Source: Mobula hypostoma
Taxonomy: Eukaryota
NCBI RefSeq assembly: GCF_963921235.1
Contig: NC_086098.1
Location: 1,922,001-1,986,000 of the forward strand
DNA: 64,000 bases
Direction of reading: 5' to 3'
Notes under the pieces: model-generated
Told to the model about the DNA's origin: nothing
What the model saw: only the letters and a program-made list of their open reading frames with translations
Database searches by the model: none
Shown: in pieces, positions 12,426 to 24,220 of the stretch
Position numbering within the stretch: the first letter of the stretch is position 1
Layout of the letters: every line of letters starts with the position of its first letter
Translations under genes and position numbers: made by a program

Positions 12426-14662
12426 TAACTCAGTGGCCTCTCTGTTATGTACAGGAACAGAACCAGTATGGTCTTCCTCTTTAGAAGCCCATCCACTTCA
12501 AGGTTAAACATGTGCATTCAGAGATGCTCTTCTGCACACCACTGTTTTAACAGATGGTTACTTCAGTTGCTCTTACCTTCCCGTCAGCTTGAACCATTCT
12601 GGTCATTCTCCTTTGACATCTCACTGGATTTTTTTTCTGTTTTTCACACCATTCTCTGTAACTCTAGAGACTGTTGTGTGTGAAAATCCCAGATCAGCAG
12701 TTTCTTAACTACTCAAACCACCCTGTCTGGTACTAATAATCATTCCACCGTCACGGTCACTTGGAACACATTCCATAGAACCATAGAAACGACAGCACAG
12801 AAACAGGCCCTTTGGCCCTTCTTGGCTGTGCCGAACCATTTTCTGCCTAGTCCCACTGACCTGCACACGGACCATATCCCTCCATACACCTCCCATCCAT
12901 GTATCTGTCCAATTTATTCTTAAATGTTAAAAAAGAACCCACATTTACCACCTCGTCTGGCAGCTCATTCCATACTCCCACCACTCTCTGTCTGAAGAAG
13001 CCCCCACTAATGTTCCCATTAAACTTTCCCCCTTCACCCTTAACCCATGTCCTCTGGTTTTTTTCTCCCCTTGCCTCAGCCGAAAAAGCCTGCTTGCATT
13101 CACTCTATCTATACCCATCATAATTTTATATACCTCTATCAAATCTCCCCTCATTCTTCGACACTCCAGGGAATAAAGTCCTAACCTATTCAACCTTTCT
13201 CTGTAACTGAGTTTCTCAAGTCCCGGCAACATCCTTGTAAACCTTCTCTGCACCCTTTCAAGTGTATTTATATCCTTCCTGTAATTTGGTGACCAAAACT
13301 GAACACAATACTCCAGATTCGGCCTCACCAATGCCTTATACAACCTCATCATAACATTCCAGCTCTTATACTCAATACTTTGATTAATAAAGGCCAATGT
13401 ACCAAAAGCTCTCTTTACGACCCTATCTACCTGTGACGACACTTTTAGGGAATTTTGTATCTGCATTCCCAGATCCCTCTGTTCTACTGCACTCCTCAGT
13501 GCCTTACCATTAACCCTGTATGTTCTACCTTGGTTTGTCCTTCCAACGTGCAATACCTCACACTTGTCAGTATTAAACTCTATCTGCCATTTTTCAGCCC
13601 ATTTTTCCAGCTGGTCCAAGTCCCTCTGCAGGCTCTGAAAACCTTCCTCACTGTCTACTACACCTCCAATCTTTGTATCATCAGCAAACTTGCTGATCCA
13701 ATTTACCACATTATCATCCAGATCATTGATATAGATGACAAATAACAATGGACCCAGCACTGATCCCTGTGGCACACCACTAGTCACAGGCCTCCACTCA
13801 GAGAAGCAATTTTCTACCACCACCCTCTGGCTTCTTCCATCGAGCCAACATCTAATCCAATTTACCACCTCTCCATGTATACCTAGCGACTGAATTTTCC
13901 TAACTAACCTCCCATGCGGGACCTTGTCAAAGGCCTTACTGAAGTCCATGTAGACAATATCCACTGCCTTCCCTTCATCCACTTTCCTGGTAACCTCCTC
14001 GAAAAACTCCAACAGATTGGTCAAACATGACCTACCATGCACAAAGCCATGTTGACTCTCCCTAATAAGCCCCTGTCTATCCAAATGCTTGTAGATTCTA
14101 TCTCTTAGTACTCCCTCCAATAACTTACTTACTACTGACATTAAACTCACCGGCCTATAATTTCCCGGATTACTTTTCGATCCTTCTTTAAACAACGAAA
14201 CAACATGAGCCACTCTCCAATTCTCCGGCACTTCACCCGTAGACAGCGACATTTTAATAATTTCTGCCAGGGCCCCCGCAATTTAAACACTAGTCTCCTT
14301 CAAGGTCCGAGGGAACACCCTGCCAGGTCCTGGGGATTTATCCACTTTAATTTTCCTCTAGACAGCAAGCACCTCCTCCTTTTCAATCTGTACAGTTTCC
14401 ATGGTCTCACTACTTGATTCCCTCAGTTCCATAGATTTCATGCCAGCTTCCTTAGTAAATACAGACTCAAAAAACCTATTTAAGATCTCCCCCATTTCCT
14501 TTGGTTCCGCACAAAGCAGACCACTCTTTCCCCTTTCTGCGGTTTGGTCTGAACAATAACTGAACTTCATCATGTCTGTATGATTTTATGCATTGAGTTG
14601 CTGCCACATGATTGGCAGGTTAGATATTTGCATTAATGAGCAGGAATACAGCCGTCCCTAAT
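12426..14662 (-). mobile_element. Non-autonomous Tc1-like DNA transposon, split by a CR1 (12773-14527)
   Basis: Left end actcagtggcc, right end taataaactgtcctctgagcgta; interior homologous to 59700-60226, which retains a Tc1 N-terminal reading frame. Confidence 0.7.
12773..14527 (-). mobile_element. Young 5'-truncated CR1 LINE with an uninterrupted RT region
   Basis: 435-aa ORF 12945-14252 with YRPVSL, DFSKAFDKV, GVPQGSVLG, FADDTK; ccatagaa tail. Confidence 0.95.
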
Positions 14663-14780
14663 AAACTGTCCTCTGAGCGTATGTTAGCAATTGAGAGTAA
14701 TTGTGGCAAAGAGCAAATGGAGCGCTGCCTCATCTCATCAGACTTTCCCCAAATCAAACCATAGTCTGTCAGTATCCTAA

Positions 14781-17700
14781 CTGCAATGAATTCCAGTTAA
14801 TTGGGACACATTGGGACCAGTACATTTTGGCCCATTTAAGTAGATGCCCCAATTAGCCAAAGTCTCATGGAAACAGTTGAGAAGCTAAAAACAGCTTCTC
14901 AAATACAGAACAAATTAGAAATTTATTCACTCTGTAACCTGATAAGGAGAAGCTAAAGTCGAATGTATCAGTATTACAGTGGAGTAAAGGGAATTACAGA
15001 GGCATGAGAGAGGAATTGACCAGAATTGATTGGAAAAGAATACTGGCAGGGATGATGGCAGAACAGAAATGGTTGGAATTTCTGGAAGCAATTTGGAAGG
15101 CACAGGATATATATACTTCCCAAAGAGGAAGAAACATTCTAAAGAAAAGATAACATAACTGTAGCTAACAAGAGGATCAAAGCCAACATAAAAGCCAAAA
15201 CGAGGGCATATAACAGAGCACAAATTAGTGGGAAGTTCGAGGATTGGGAAACCTTCAAAAACCACCAGAAGGCAACTAAAAAAGTAGTTAAAAAGGTATA
15301 GATGGAATATGAAAGTAAGCTAGCCAATAAGATTAAAGAAGATACCAAAAGTTTCTTCAGATACATAAGGTATAAAAGAGAGGTGACAGTGGCTTTCAGT
15401 CCGCTGAAAAATGATGCTGGAGAGTTAGTAATGGGGGACAATGAAATGGTGGGTGAACTGAATAAGGAATTTGCATCAGTCCTCACTGTGGAAGACACCA
15501 GCAGTTTGGTGGAAGTTCCAAGTGTCGGGGGAATGAAGTGTGTGAAGTTACCATAATAGACAGAAGGCTCTTGGAAATCTGAAAGGTCTGAAGGTAGATA
15601 AGTTACCTGGACCAGATAGTGTACAGTTCAGCTGGAGGTGGCTGAGGAGATTGTGGAGGCATTAGTAATGACCTTTCAAAAATCACTAGCTTCTGGCATA
15701 GTTGTGGAAGACTGGAAAATTGCAAATGTCTCTCTACTCTTCAAGAAGGGAGAGAGGCACAAGAGAGGAAACTATAGGCCAGTTAGTCTGACTTCAGTTG
15801 TTGCAGGATGTTGGAGTTGATTATTTAGGATGAAGTCTGTGGGTAATCAGAGGCACATGATAAATAGGTTGTAGTCTGCATGATTTCCTCAAGGGAAAAT
15901 CTTTTTAGACAAATTTCTCAGAATTCTTTGAAGAAATAACAAGCAAGATAGACAAAGGAGAATCAGTTGATGTTGTGTACTTGGACTTTCTGAAGGCCTT
16001 TGACAAGGTGCTACAAATGGGACTGCATAACAAGTTACGAGCCCGTGGTATTACAGGGAATATTTCAACAAGGATAAAGCAGTGGCTGATTGGCCGGAGG
16101 CAAAGAGTGGAAATAATGGAGCCTTTTCTGACTGGCTGCTGGTGACTAGTGCTGTTCCACAGGGGTGTGTGTGGGACCTATTTTTTTACATTATATGTCA
16201 ATGATTTGGATGATGGAATTGATGGTTTTGTTGCAAAGTTTGCAGATGATATGAAGATAGGTGGAGGGACAGGTAGCTTTGAGGAAGTAGAGAAGCTACA
16301 GAAGGACAGACAGGTTAGGAAAGTGGGCAAAGAAATGGCAGATGGAATACTGTTGGGAAGTGTATGGTCATGAATTTTGGTAGAGGAAATAAAAGGATTT
16401 TCTATTTTCTAAATGGAGAGAAAATGCAAAAAAAAACTGAGGTACAAAGAGTGTTGGGAGACCTTGTGCAGGATTCCCTAAAGGTTAATTTGCAGGTTGA
16501 GTCTGTGGTGAGGAAGGCAAATGCAATGTTAGCATTCATTTCAAGAGGACTAGAATATAAAAGCAATGACGTAATGTTGAGGCTTTATAAAGCACTGGTG
16601 AAGCCTCAATTGGAGTATTGTAAATTGGTTTGGAGCCCTACCAGTATCTTAGAAAGGATGTGCTGAAACTGGAGGGGATTCAAAGAGGTTCAGGAAAATG
16701 ATTCCAGGATTGAATGGCTTATCATCTGAAGTGCATCTGATGGTTCAGAGCCTGTATTCACTAGAAGTCAGAAGAATAAGGGGTAACTTCATTGAAACCA
16801 ATTGAATGGTGAAAGGCATCGATAGAGTGGATGTGAAGAGGATGTTTCCTATGGTGGGAAAGTCTAGGACCAAAGTATACAGCCCCAGAATAAGAGGCAT
16901 CCTTTTAGAACAAAGCTGAGGAGGAATTTCTTTAACCAGATAGTGTTGAATCTGTGGAATTCTTTGCAATAGGTAGCTGTGGAGGCCAAGTCTTTATTTA
17001 AATTTAAGGTAGAAACTGATAGGTTCTTGATTGGTCAGAGCATGAAGGAATACGGTCAGAAAGCAGGAGAATGGGTCTACGAGGGAAATTGTATCAGCCA
17101 GGATTAAATGAAGGAACAGTTATGATGGGTCAGATGGCCTAATTCTGCTCCTATATCTGATATAGTATATATATATCTATATATGGTTTTATTACCAATA
17201 TTACTACAGTACTGTAAGATTGTGCATTAGTTTATGGTGTTGTCTTCTTTTGGTTGACTGTAAATGAAGAAAATCAGCACAGACAGCTCATACAGATAAT
17301 TGACTACCACCATACAATGCTTTCAATGATTGTATCTTCTAAATCTTCATTTTCATTGTAACATTCAAGATGATTTTCAATAACTTCAAATTCTTCACAG
17401 TCCCTAACTTGTTGAGAAATTGTTTTCTTTTCACTGTTGCATTTCTGGCATCTCCAAGCCCCAATGCTTGAAACCACAGTGAGAAAAACAGTTCTGAATG
17501 AATGGTCTTACTGCTTATTTATCACCAACTATCAGTGACAAAACACTTTTCAAACACAAACACATGCAGCTGATGCTATTTAAAAACTGTTCAAACTAAG
17601 CACGGTGTAGTGTCTAACAGCCACACAAGTGCATACAACTGACACTAGCTGGAAACTGTTCAACAGTCTCTTGTCCCAATTATGACCATCCCAGCTATTT

Positions 17701-17788
17701 TCTCCAGTAGATTTTATTCTTTAAGAGTCGTCCCAAATAAGCAGCTGTCCTGATTAATGGATGACCCGATTAACCAGAGTCTACTGTA
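14781..17788. mobile_element. pogo/Tigger-like non-autonomous DNA transposon, split by a CR1 (14926-17160)
   Basis: Imperfect TIRs: tgcaatgaattccagttaattgggac on the left; right end gacccgattaaccagagtctactgta (reverse complement tacagtagactctggttaatcgggtc), ending in TA. Confidence 0.55.
14926..17160 (+). mobile_element. Old degenerate CR1 LINE (ORF2)
   Basis: Fragmented ORFs 15302-16666 with YRPVSL and FADDMK; CR1 3'UTR ggcctaattctgctcctatatct. Confidence 0.9.
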
Positions 17789-17802
17789 TTTAGCTTTCAT
17801 TA

Positions 17803-18401
17803 GACCATAGACCATAGACCATAGAAACTACAGCACAGAAACATGCCTTTTGGCCCTTCTTGGCTGTGCCGAACCATTTTCTGCCTAGTCCCACTGACCT
17901 GCACACAGACTATATCCCTCCATACACCTCCCATCCATGTATCTGTCCAATTTATTCTTAAATGTTAAAAAAGAACCCGCATTTACCACCTCGTCTGGCA
18001 GCTCATTCCACACTCCCACCACTCTCTGTCTGAAGAAGCCCCCCCTAATGTTCCCTTTAAACTTTTCCCCCCTCACCCTTAACCCATGTCCTATGGTTTT
18101 TTTCTCCCCTTGCCTCAGTGGAAAAAGCCTGCTTGCATTCACTCTATCTATACCCATCATAATTTTATATACCTCTATCAAATCTCCCCTCATTCTTCTA
18201 CGCTCCAGGGAATAAAGTCCTAACCTATTCAACCTTTCTCTGTAACTGAGTTTCTCAAGTCCCGGCAACATCCTTGTAAACCTTCTCTGCACTCTTTCAA
18301 CCTTATTTATATCCTTCCTGTAATTTGGTGACCAAAACTGAACACAATACTCCAGATTCGGCCTCATCAATGCCTTATACAACCTCATCATAACATTCCA
18401 T
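17803..18401 (-). mobile_element. CR1 3' fragment, same young subfamily as 12773-14527
   Basis: Near-identical to 12773-13360; ORF 17885-18391; (gaccata)n tail. Confidence 0.92.
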
Positions 18402-18527
18402 TGTTTCTGAAGTGTACTGTTTAAAGAGTACGTCTTAGCTAAGGGCTTTATAATCAGGAAGGGAATATTACCTACTTGAGAAAATCAAATGCAAAGTATT
18501 ATTGAGAGATTGCTGTCATAATCCTAC

Positions 18528-18713
18528 CTTCAGTGTCCAGGTACCGACTGGATTCTCCCCCCACGAATGCACTGACATAAAGGTCCATTTACTCAAGCCA
18601 GCTTGAGACAAATCAAACATCCGTGTGCTCAGAAGCTGTGACTTTGTTCCAAAGGGAGAGATCAGGTCAACGCTGAGGTCACCCCTGCAGATGCTGGTAA
18701 TGCTAACAACAGC
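18528..18713 (-). CDS. Proprotein convertase (kexin/furin family) exon, P domain: [62 protein letters not shown]
   Basis: 186 nt, open, phase 0/0; acceptor tcttctgccAG, donor GTaggat; motifs RGDL, SP.GT.S.LL, W.FMSVH.WGE.P.GTWTL are diagnostic of the PC P domain. Confidence 0.96.
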
Positions 18714-19074
18714 CTGGCAGAAGATTCAATAAAAACATTCATTCAATTATGGCAAACAGATTGTGTGTCCCAAAAGCTTTGAGTAAAATGAATTTCTGCA
18801 TAATTCCACTATTGCCTGCCCTCTGGACGTTAACCTTTAACTCTTACTACCCCATCCCCCACCCAGCTATCCTGTCCATTCTCTCTTCTCACTGCTGCGA
18901 TCAGGGAGGAGTTGCAGGAGCCTCAGGACTCACACCACCAGGTTCAGGAACAGTTATTACCTCTCAACTATCAGGCTCCTGGACCAGTGTGGATAACTTC
19001 ACTATTCTCAACACTGGACTCACTTTCAAGGTCTCTACTACTTGTTCTCAATATGCCTCAAGGGAAAATCTTGC

Positions 19075-19812
19075 CTTCTACGAATAGGTTGAGTGAACTC
19101 AGCCTTTTTTCCTTGGAGCGACGGAGGATGAGAGGTGACCTGATTGAAGTGTATAAGATAATGAGAGGCATTGATCATGTGGATAGTCAGAGACTTTTTC
19201 CCAGGGCTGAAATGGCTAGCATGAGAGGGCACAGTTTTAAGGTGCTTGGAAGTAGGTACAGAGGGGATTTCAGGGGTAAGTTTTTTCACGCAGAGAGTGG
19301 TGAGTGCGTGGAATGGGCTGCCAGTGATGGTGGTAGAGGTGGATACGATAGGGTGGATAGTGGATAGGGATACGATAAGAGACTCCTGGATAGGTACATG
19401 GAGCTCAGAAAAATAGAGGGTTATGGGAACCCTAGGTAGTTCTAAGGTAAGACATGTTCGGCACAGCTTTGTGGGCTAAAGGACCTGTATTGTGCTGTAG
19501 GTTTTTTTATGTTTCTAAATTTATTCCCTAGAATGTAGAAGGGTGAGAAGAAATTTGTTAGAGTTATACAGAATTATGAGGGGTATGGTGAGGATAACTT
19601 GTTCACTCAAGGGGGTGGGGGTAGTGTGGAATGAGCTGCCAGTGGATGTGGGTTTGATTTGAATATATAAGAGAAATTTGGATAAGCACTTGGATGGAAG
19701 GGGTACGGAGGGCTATTGTCGAGGTGCTGGTCAATGGAACCAGTCAGAATAAGAGTTTGGTATGAACTAGATGGGTTGAAGCTGCTGATTCTGTTCTATA
19801 GTGCTCTATGGT
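19075..19812 (+). mobile_element. Two tandem CR1 3' fragments
   Basis: LFSLERRRMRGDLIEVYK; CR1 3'UTR tails at about 19517 and 19810. Confidence 0.85.
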
Positions 19813-20027
19813 TCCACACCTAATCATAAAAATAAAAGGGATTTCAATAGAACAAAAACAAACCAAAATCATCTTTTAAATGAATATTAACATGCTGCAT
19901 TGGAATACAGCTGGGAGATTGGCATCATATTGCAAGAACTGAGTTTCAACTTGACAGGGAGTTGTTGAGAAGGTACTGAGGTGGGATGCTTAGTGTTCAA
20001 ATCTTTCAAAAAACACTTGTGTTAGTT

Positions 20028-20582
20028 GGAAAGGGTGAGCAATTTCACTTCCTAGTGTTAATGTCTCTGAGGATCTATCCTGGGTTCAACATATTGATGC
20101 AGTCACAACAAGGCATGACAGCGGCTACCTTTCATTAAGGGCTTAAGGGATTTGATATGACACCAAAGACTCTCAAATTTCGACAGATGTACTGTGGAGA
20201 ACATTTTAACATCACTGTCTGGTATGGAGGGACCACAGCACGGGATCAGAAAATGATGCAGAAAATAGTGAACTCATTCTGCTCCATCATGGGCACTAGC
20301 GTCCCCAGCATTCCGGACATCTTTGTCAAAAAGGTAACATCACCATCACCCAGGACAAACCCTCTTCTCATTGCTACCATCAAGGAGGAGGTACAGGAGC
20401 CAAAAGGCACACACTCAAAGATTTCGGGATAGCTTCTTCCCCTCCACCATCAGATTTCTGAATGGAGATTGCAATTCATTTAACTATATATATATATATA
20501 TACTTTATATAATTTACAGATTTTAATACCGTGTACCATGTCACACAACAAATTTCACACTAGTGATATTAAACCTGATTGT
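20028..20582 (+). mobile_element. Degraded Rex1/Babar-like LINE 3' fragment
   Basis: Homologous to 29221-29978 (ITVWYGG; gatattaaacctgatt tail). Confidence 0.7.
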
Positions 20583-21654
20583 TCATCAGTTCCTATCGAA
20601 ACTCAATTCCCAGTTAATACTCAGTTGTTTCCAATCACACAGAATGTTCAGGAAAACACAGATGAAATTTTCTGTAGAACAGTGAGATTAATGTAATTTT
20701 AGTGACTACTGAAGTTCCAGACCTTCCCCCTACCACCACTACTTTATCACTTCCTGTTGGATTCACTTTATGCACAGGTGTTCTTGTACCTAGCATCCCC
20801 TTATGTACAGATATATTTACAGAAGCTATCTTATGTATTTATATTTATTGTGTTTTTTTATTTTTGTACTCTTTATCTTATCGTGTGTGTTTTTTGTGCT
20901 GTATCTGATCTGGAGTAACAATTATATTGTTCCCCTTTACTCTTGACATTAAACAAACTTGAATCTTGAGCTATCTTGAATCTATTGGTACCATTTCAAT
21001 ATCTTTTTTCCTGGTGGCTGTACGAGACTTCTTTTGTTATTTTTCACACTCTCCCTATCTCAGGTTCCCTGCATTATCCATTGATTCAGCCTTGATAGAT
21101 TGAGAAAGCAACAAGCTCTCAAGCTTCTTAAAATTCTCTTTTAAAGATCAGTTAGGAAGAATGTCTGAGAAATGACCTGAGTTGCTATTTCTCCTGCCTA
21201 CTCTTCAGAATTGTCCTTTCCTGAGTATTTACCTAGGAGTATCTCTAAAATCAGAAGGTTATCCTGTTGAGAATTAGGAAATCAAATTTTCCATCTTCCT
21301 GAGAAGCTAGTTTATTGTATGACCACAGTTTTATTTCCTCTTCATATCATTGATTGTTTCCTCTTGTTTCATATCTTTCTACACAATTTTCATCTTCACA
21401 GTGAAGTCTCAGATGTGAAGGCCCACTTGAATATAACAATGATCATTTATCTGCAGATGTTAACTTTTGGTTTGCTAGTAATTCCCACAACTCATAAATA
21501 AATAAAAGACTGGAATGAAAACTAGGATTTAGTCATAATTTAATGGAGATACTTCATAGTGAATAGTTCTGAGGTTGCAATCAACACCAATCTCAAAGAA
21601 GTATCCTAGTGGTGCTGCAATAGTTCTGCTGCTTCACACCCTCCATGCTAGTCA

Positions 21655-22380
21655 GACCAGGAAATGATTGTGCATTTCATGAAGGGGATGTCAGTGGAAG
21701 ATACACTAGTCCTCCTCAACGGGTCTGCATCAGTGGAAGATACACTAGTCCTCCTCAACGGGTCTGCAATGGAAGTGGTGAGCAGTTCCAAGTTCCTGGG
21801 TGTCAACGCTTCTGAACATATGGATGTAATTGCAAAGAAGGCACACCAGTGGCTATACTTCATTAGGAGTTCGATCAGATTTGGTACGCTACCAAAGATT
21901 CTAGCAAATTTTTGCAGATGTACCATGGAAAGCATTCTAACTGATTGTATTACCACTTGGTATGGAGGGACGACTGCACAGGATTACAACAGACTGCAGA
22001 GGTTTGTAAACTTAGCCAGCTCCATCATCAGCATTAGCCTCCGCAGCATCGAGGTCACCTTCAAAAGGCAACGTCTCAAGATGGACACATGCATCAGTAA
22101 GGACATCCATACACCAACCTTCTCATTACTACCATCAGGAGACTGAAGACACACAATCAACTTTTTAGGAACAGCTTCTTCCCCTCTGCCATCAGATTTC
22201 TGAACGGTCCATGAAACCATGGACACTACCTGATTATTTTTACTCTTTTTGCACTACTTGTTTATATATTTCTTACTGAAATTTGTAGCATATTGTATGT
22301 ACTGTACTGTACTGTTGCTGGAAAACCACAAGTTTCATGATCTATGCCAGTGATGATAAACCTAATTCAGATTCTCATTC
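21655..22380 (+). mobile_element. Rex1/Babar-like LINE 3' fragment with an exact internal 39-bp tandem duplication (21691-21768)
   Basis: ORF 21664-22146: SSSKFLGV, KKAHQWLYFIR, ESILTDCITTWYG. Confidence 0.8.
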
Positions 22381-23648
22381 TACACTCCAACGATCCAGGC
22401 TGACCTTGCCCACCAGTGCTCTCTGTGTGGAGTCTGCCTATTCCATAAGTGACCCTTGAGTTCTCTGGCCCTTCTGTCAGTCACCCTTGGGTGATCACTG
22501 GACTAAAGGTGCTGTATTTTAATGGACCAATTGGCCTAATTCTGCCCCTATATCTTATGGTCTTATGGTTTTATGGTAACTGTGACATATCCTTCGTTTA
22601 CTGTCTCAGTGTACTCATGATGGCATCATCTGCCAGGATGGAACACAGTCCAAAGTTTTTCACTGTACAAGTGACAAATCTAATCCAGTTACAAGTTACC
22701 AAAAAAAAACAAATCAATTTTAACTGATGAGGAGGGTGAATATTCACTTAAAATCTCAGTTAACAATTAACCTTCAATAGCTGCCATTGTTGACCATTTA
22801 ATTGAGTAGTTTTTCTTCAGAAATGATAATGCTCTAAGCATGACCGGGACAATGGAAGTCAGAGCTCTGTGGCGTATCATCATCTGAATGCAAACTTGCT
22901 GAAGTCTGCAAATACTGATACTCTGCAAAACTGGTTTGTCAGGACTGGAGAGCTTTAGCAATGGGCAGTGTAATTCACACTGTTGAACTGTAGAGAGCTA
23001 CACATAATTTTCTTTAAACTCATTTTGCCTTTCTATCAGTAAATCCTTTCCATTATCATGAGTAGAATTGTTGCCTATTGAAACGGAAGAAGTATTGGAA
23101 GAATTACGAGCACCAGTAATGCGTCCATGCTGTGGTCTTGTCATCGGAAGTCAGCAGGTGACTGCTCAAATCTGACGATATCAGCACATCCTTGGAGTTT
23201 GCTGAAGAACAGCTTACTTGCAGATGGTACTGCGCCAGGCAGCTGCTGTAAGCCCCAATGACAAGCTGTACGTTGCTAACTCAGGGTCCCAATACCACGC
23301 TTGGTCAAGGCAGCCAGGGTTACAGCTGTCACAAACTTCTTTGGCAGTGGTTCATTCCAGGTTGCTTTACTGTGCATCAGTTTTGAATACGTTTTTCAAA
23401 TCAAATTGGCAGCTAGTCTCTCCTCCAAGGACTCTGTCTATCCTTCTCAGGTAAAGCAGCCAGCATAATCAAAGACAGTGCACGTGCACACTGCACGTCC
23501 TCTCTTCTCCCTCTCCAACAAAAGCCTGAAAGCACATACTACCAAGCTCAAGGACAGATTCTGTCTGGTGTTACCAGTCTCTTGAATGGATGTCTTGTAT
23601 GAAAATGGTGGACTCTTGACCTCACAATCTACCCCATTATGATCTTGC

Positions 23649-23957
23649 TTCTTCAGCATGATGCTCGAAAGGGCCACAGAAGACCTTGATAACGAGGACG
23701 GTGTCTACATCTGATACCGCACCGATGGCAGCCTGTTTAAACTGAGGCGACTACAGTCCCACACCAAGACATTGGAGCAACTCATCTGAGAGCTACACTT
23801 CGCTGCCGATGCTGCCCTTGTTGCCCACACAGAGACAGCCCTGCAGCGTATAACATCCTGCTTCACAGAGGCTGCTGCGCTCTTCAGACTAGAAGTTAGC
23901 TTGAAGAAAACAGAAGATCTCCATTAGCCCACACCCCAGGAAGATTACCACCCTCCC
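23649..23957 (+). mobile_element. RTE-clade LINE RT fragment
   Basis: Reads FFSMMLERATEDLDNEDGVYI*YRTDGSLFKLRRLQSHTKTLEQLI*ELHFAADAALVAHTETALQRITSCF...LEVSLKKTE, typical RTE RT around a degenerate FADD motif. Confidence 0.8.
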
Positions 23958-24220
23958 TCTTTTCCTTCTCCCTGGGCCTTCTGTCCCATGATCCTCTCAT
24001 ATCCCTTTTGCCTATCACCTGTCCAGCTCTTGGCTCCATCCCTCCCCCTCCTGTCTTCTCCTATCATTTTGGATCTCCCCCTCCCCCTCCAAATTTCAAA
24101 TCTCTTACTAACTCTTCCTTCAGTTAGTCCTGAGGAAGGGTCTCAGCCCGAAACGTTGACTGTACCTCTTCCTAGAGATGCTGCCTGGCCTGCTGTGTTC
24201 ACCAGCAACTTTGTTGTGTG
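23958..24220 (+). repeat. Penelope-like terminal repeat with a near-intact minimal hammerhead motif (24126-24161)
   Basis: Pyrimidine-rich tract, then agtc-CTGAGGA-a-gggtctcagccc-GAAA-cgtt-gact, then the PLE tail gatgctgcctggcctgctg. Confidence 0.75.

Noticed and set aside
21691..21768. Exact 39-bp tandem duplication (also a 19-bp one at about 32039)
   Set aside because: Ordinary slippage-type duplication inside dead TEs; no spacers, not an array
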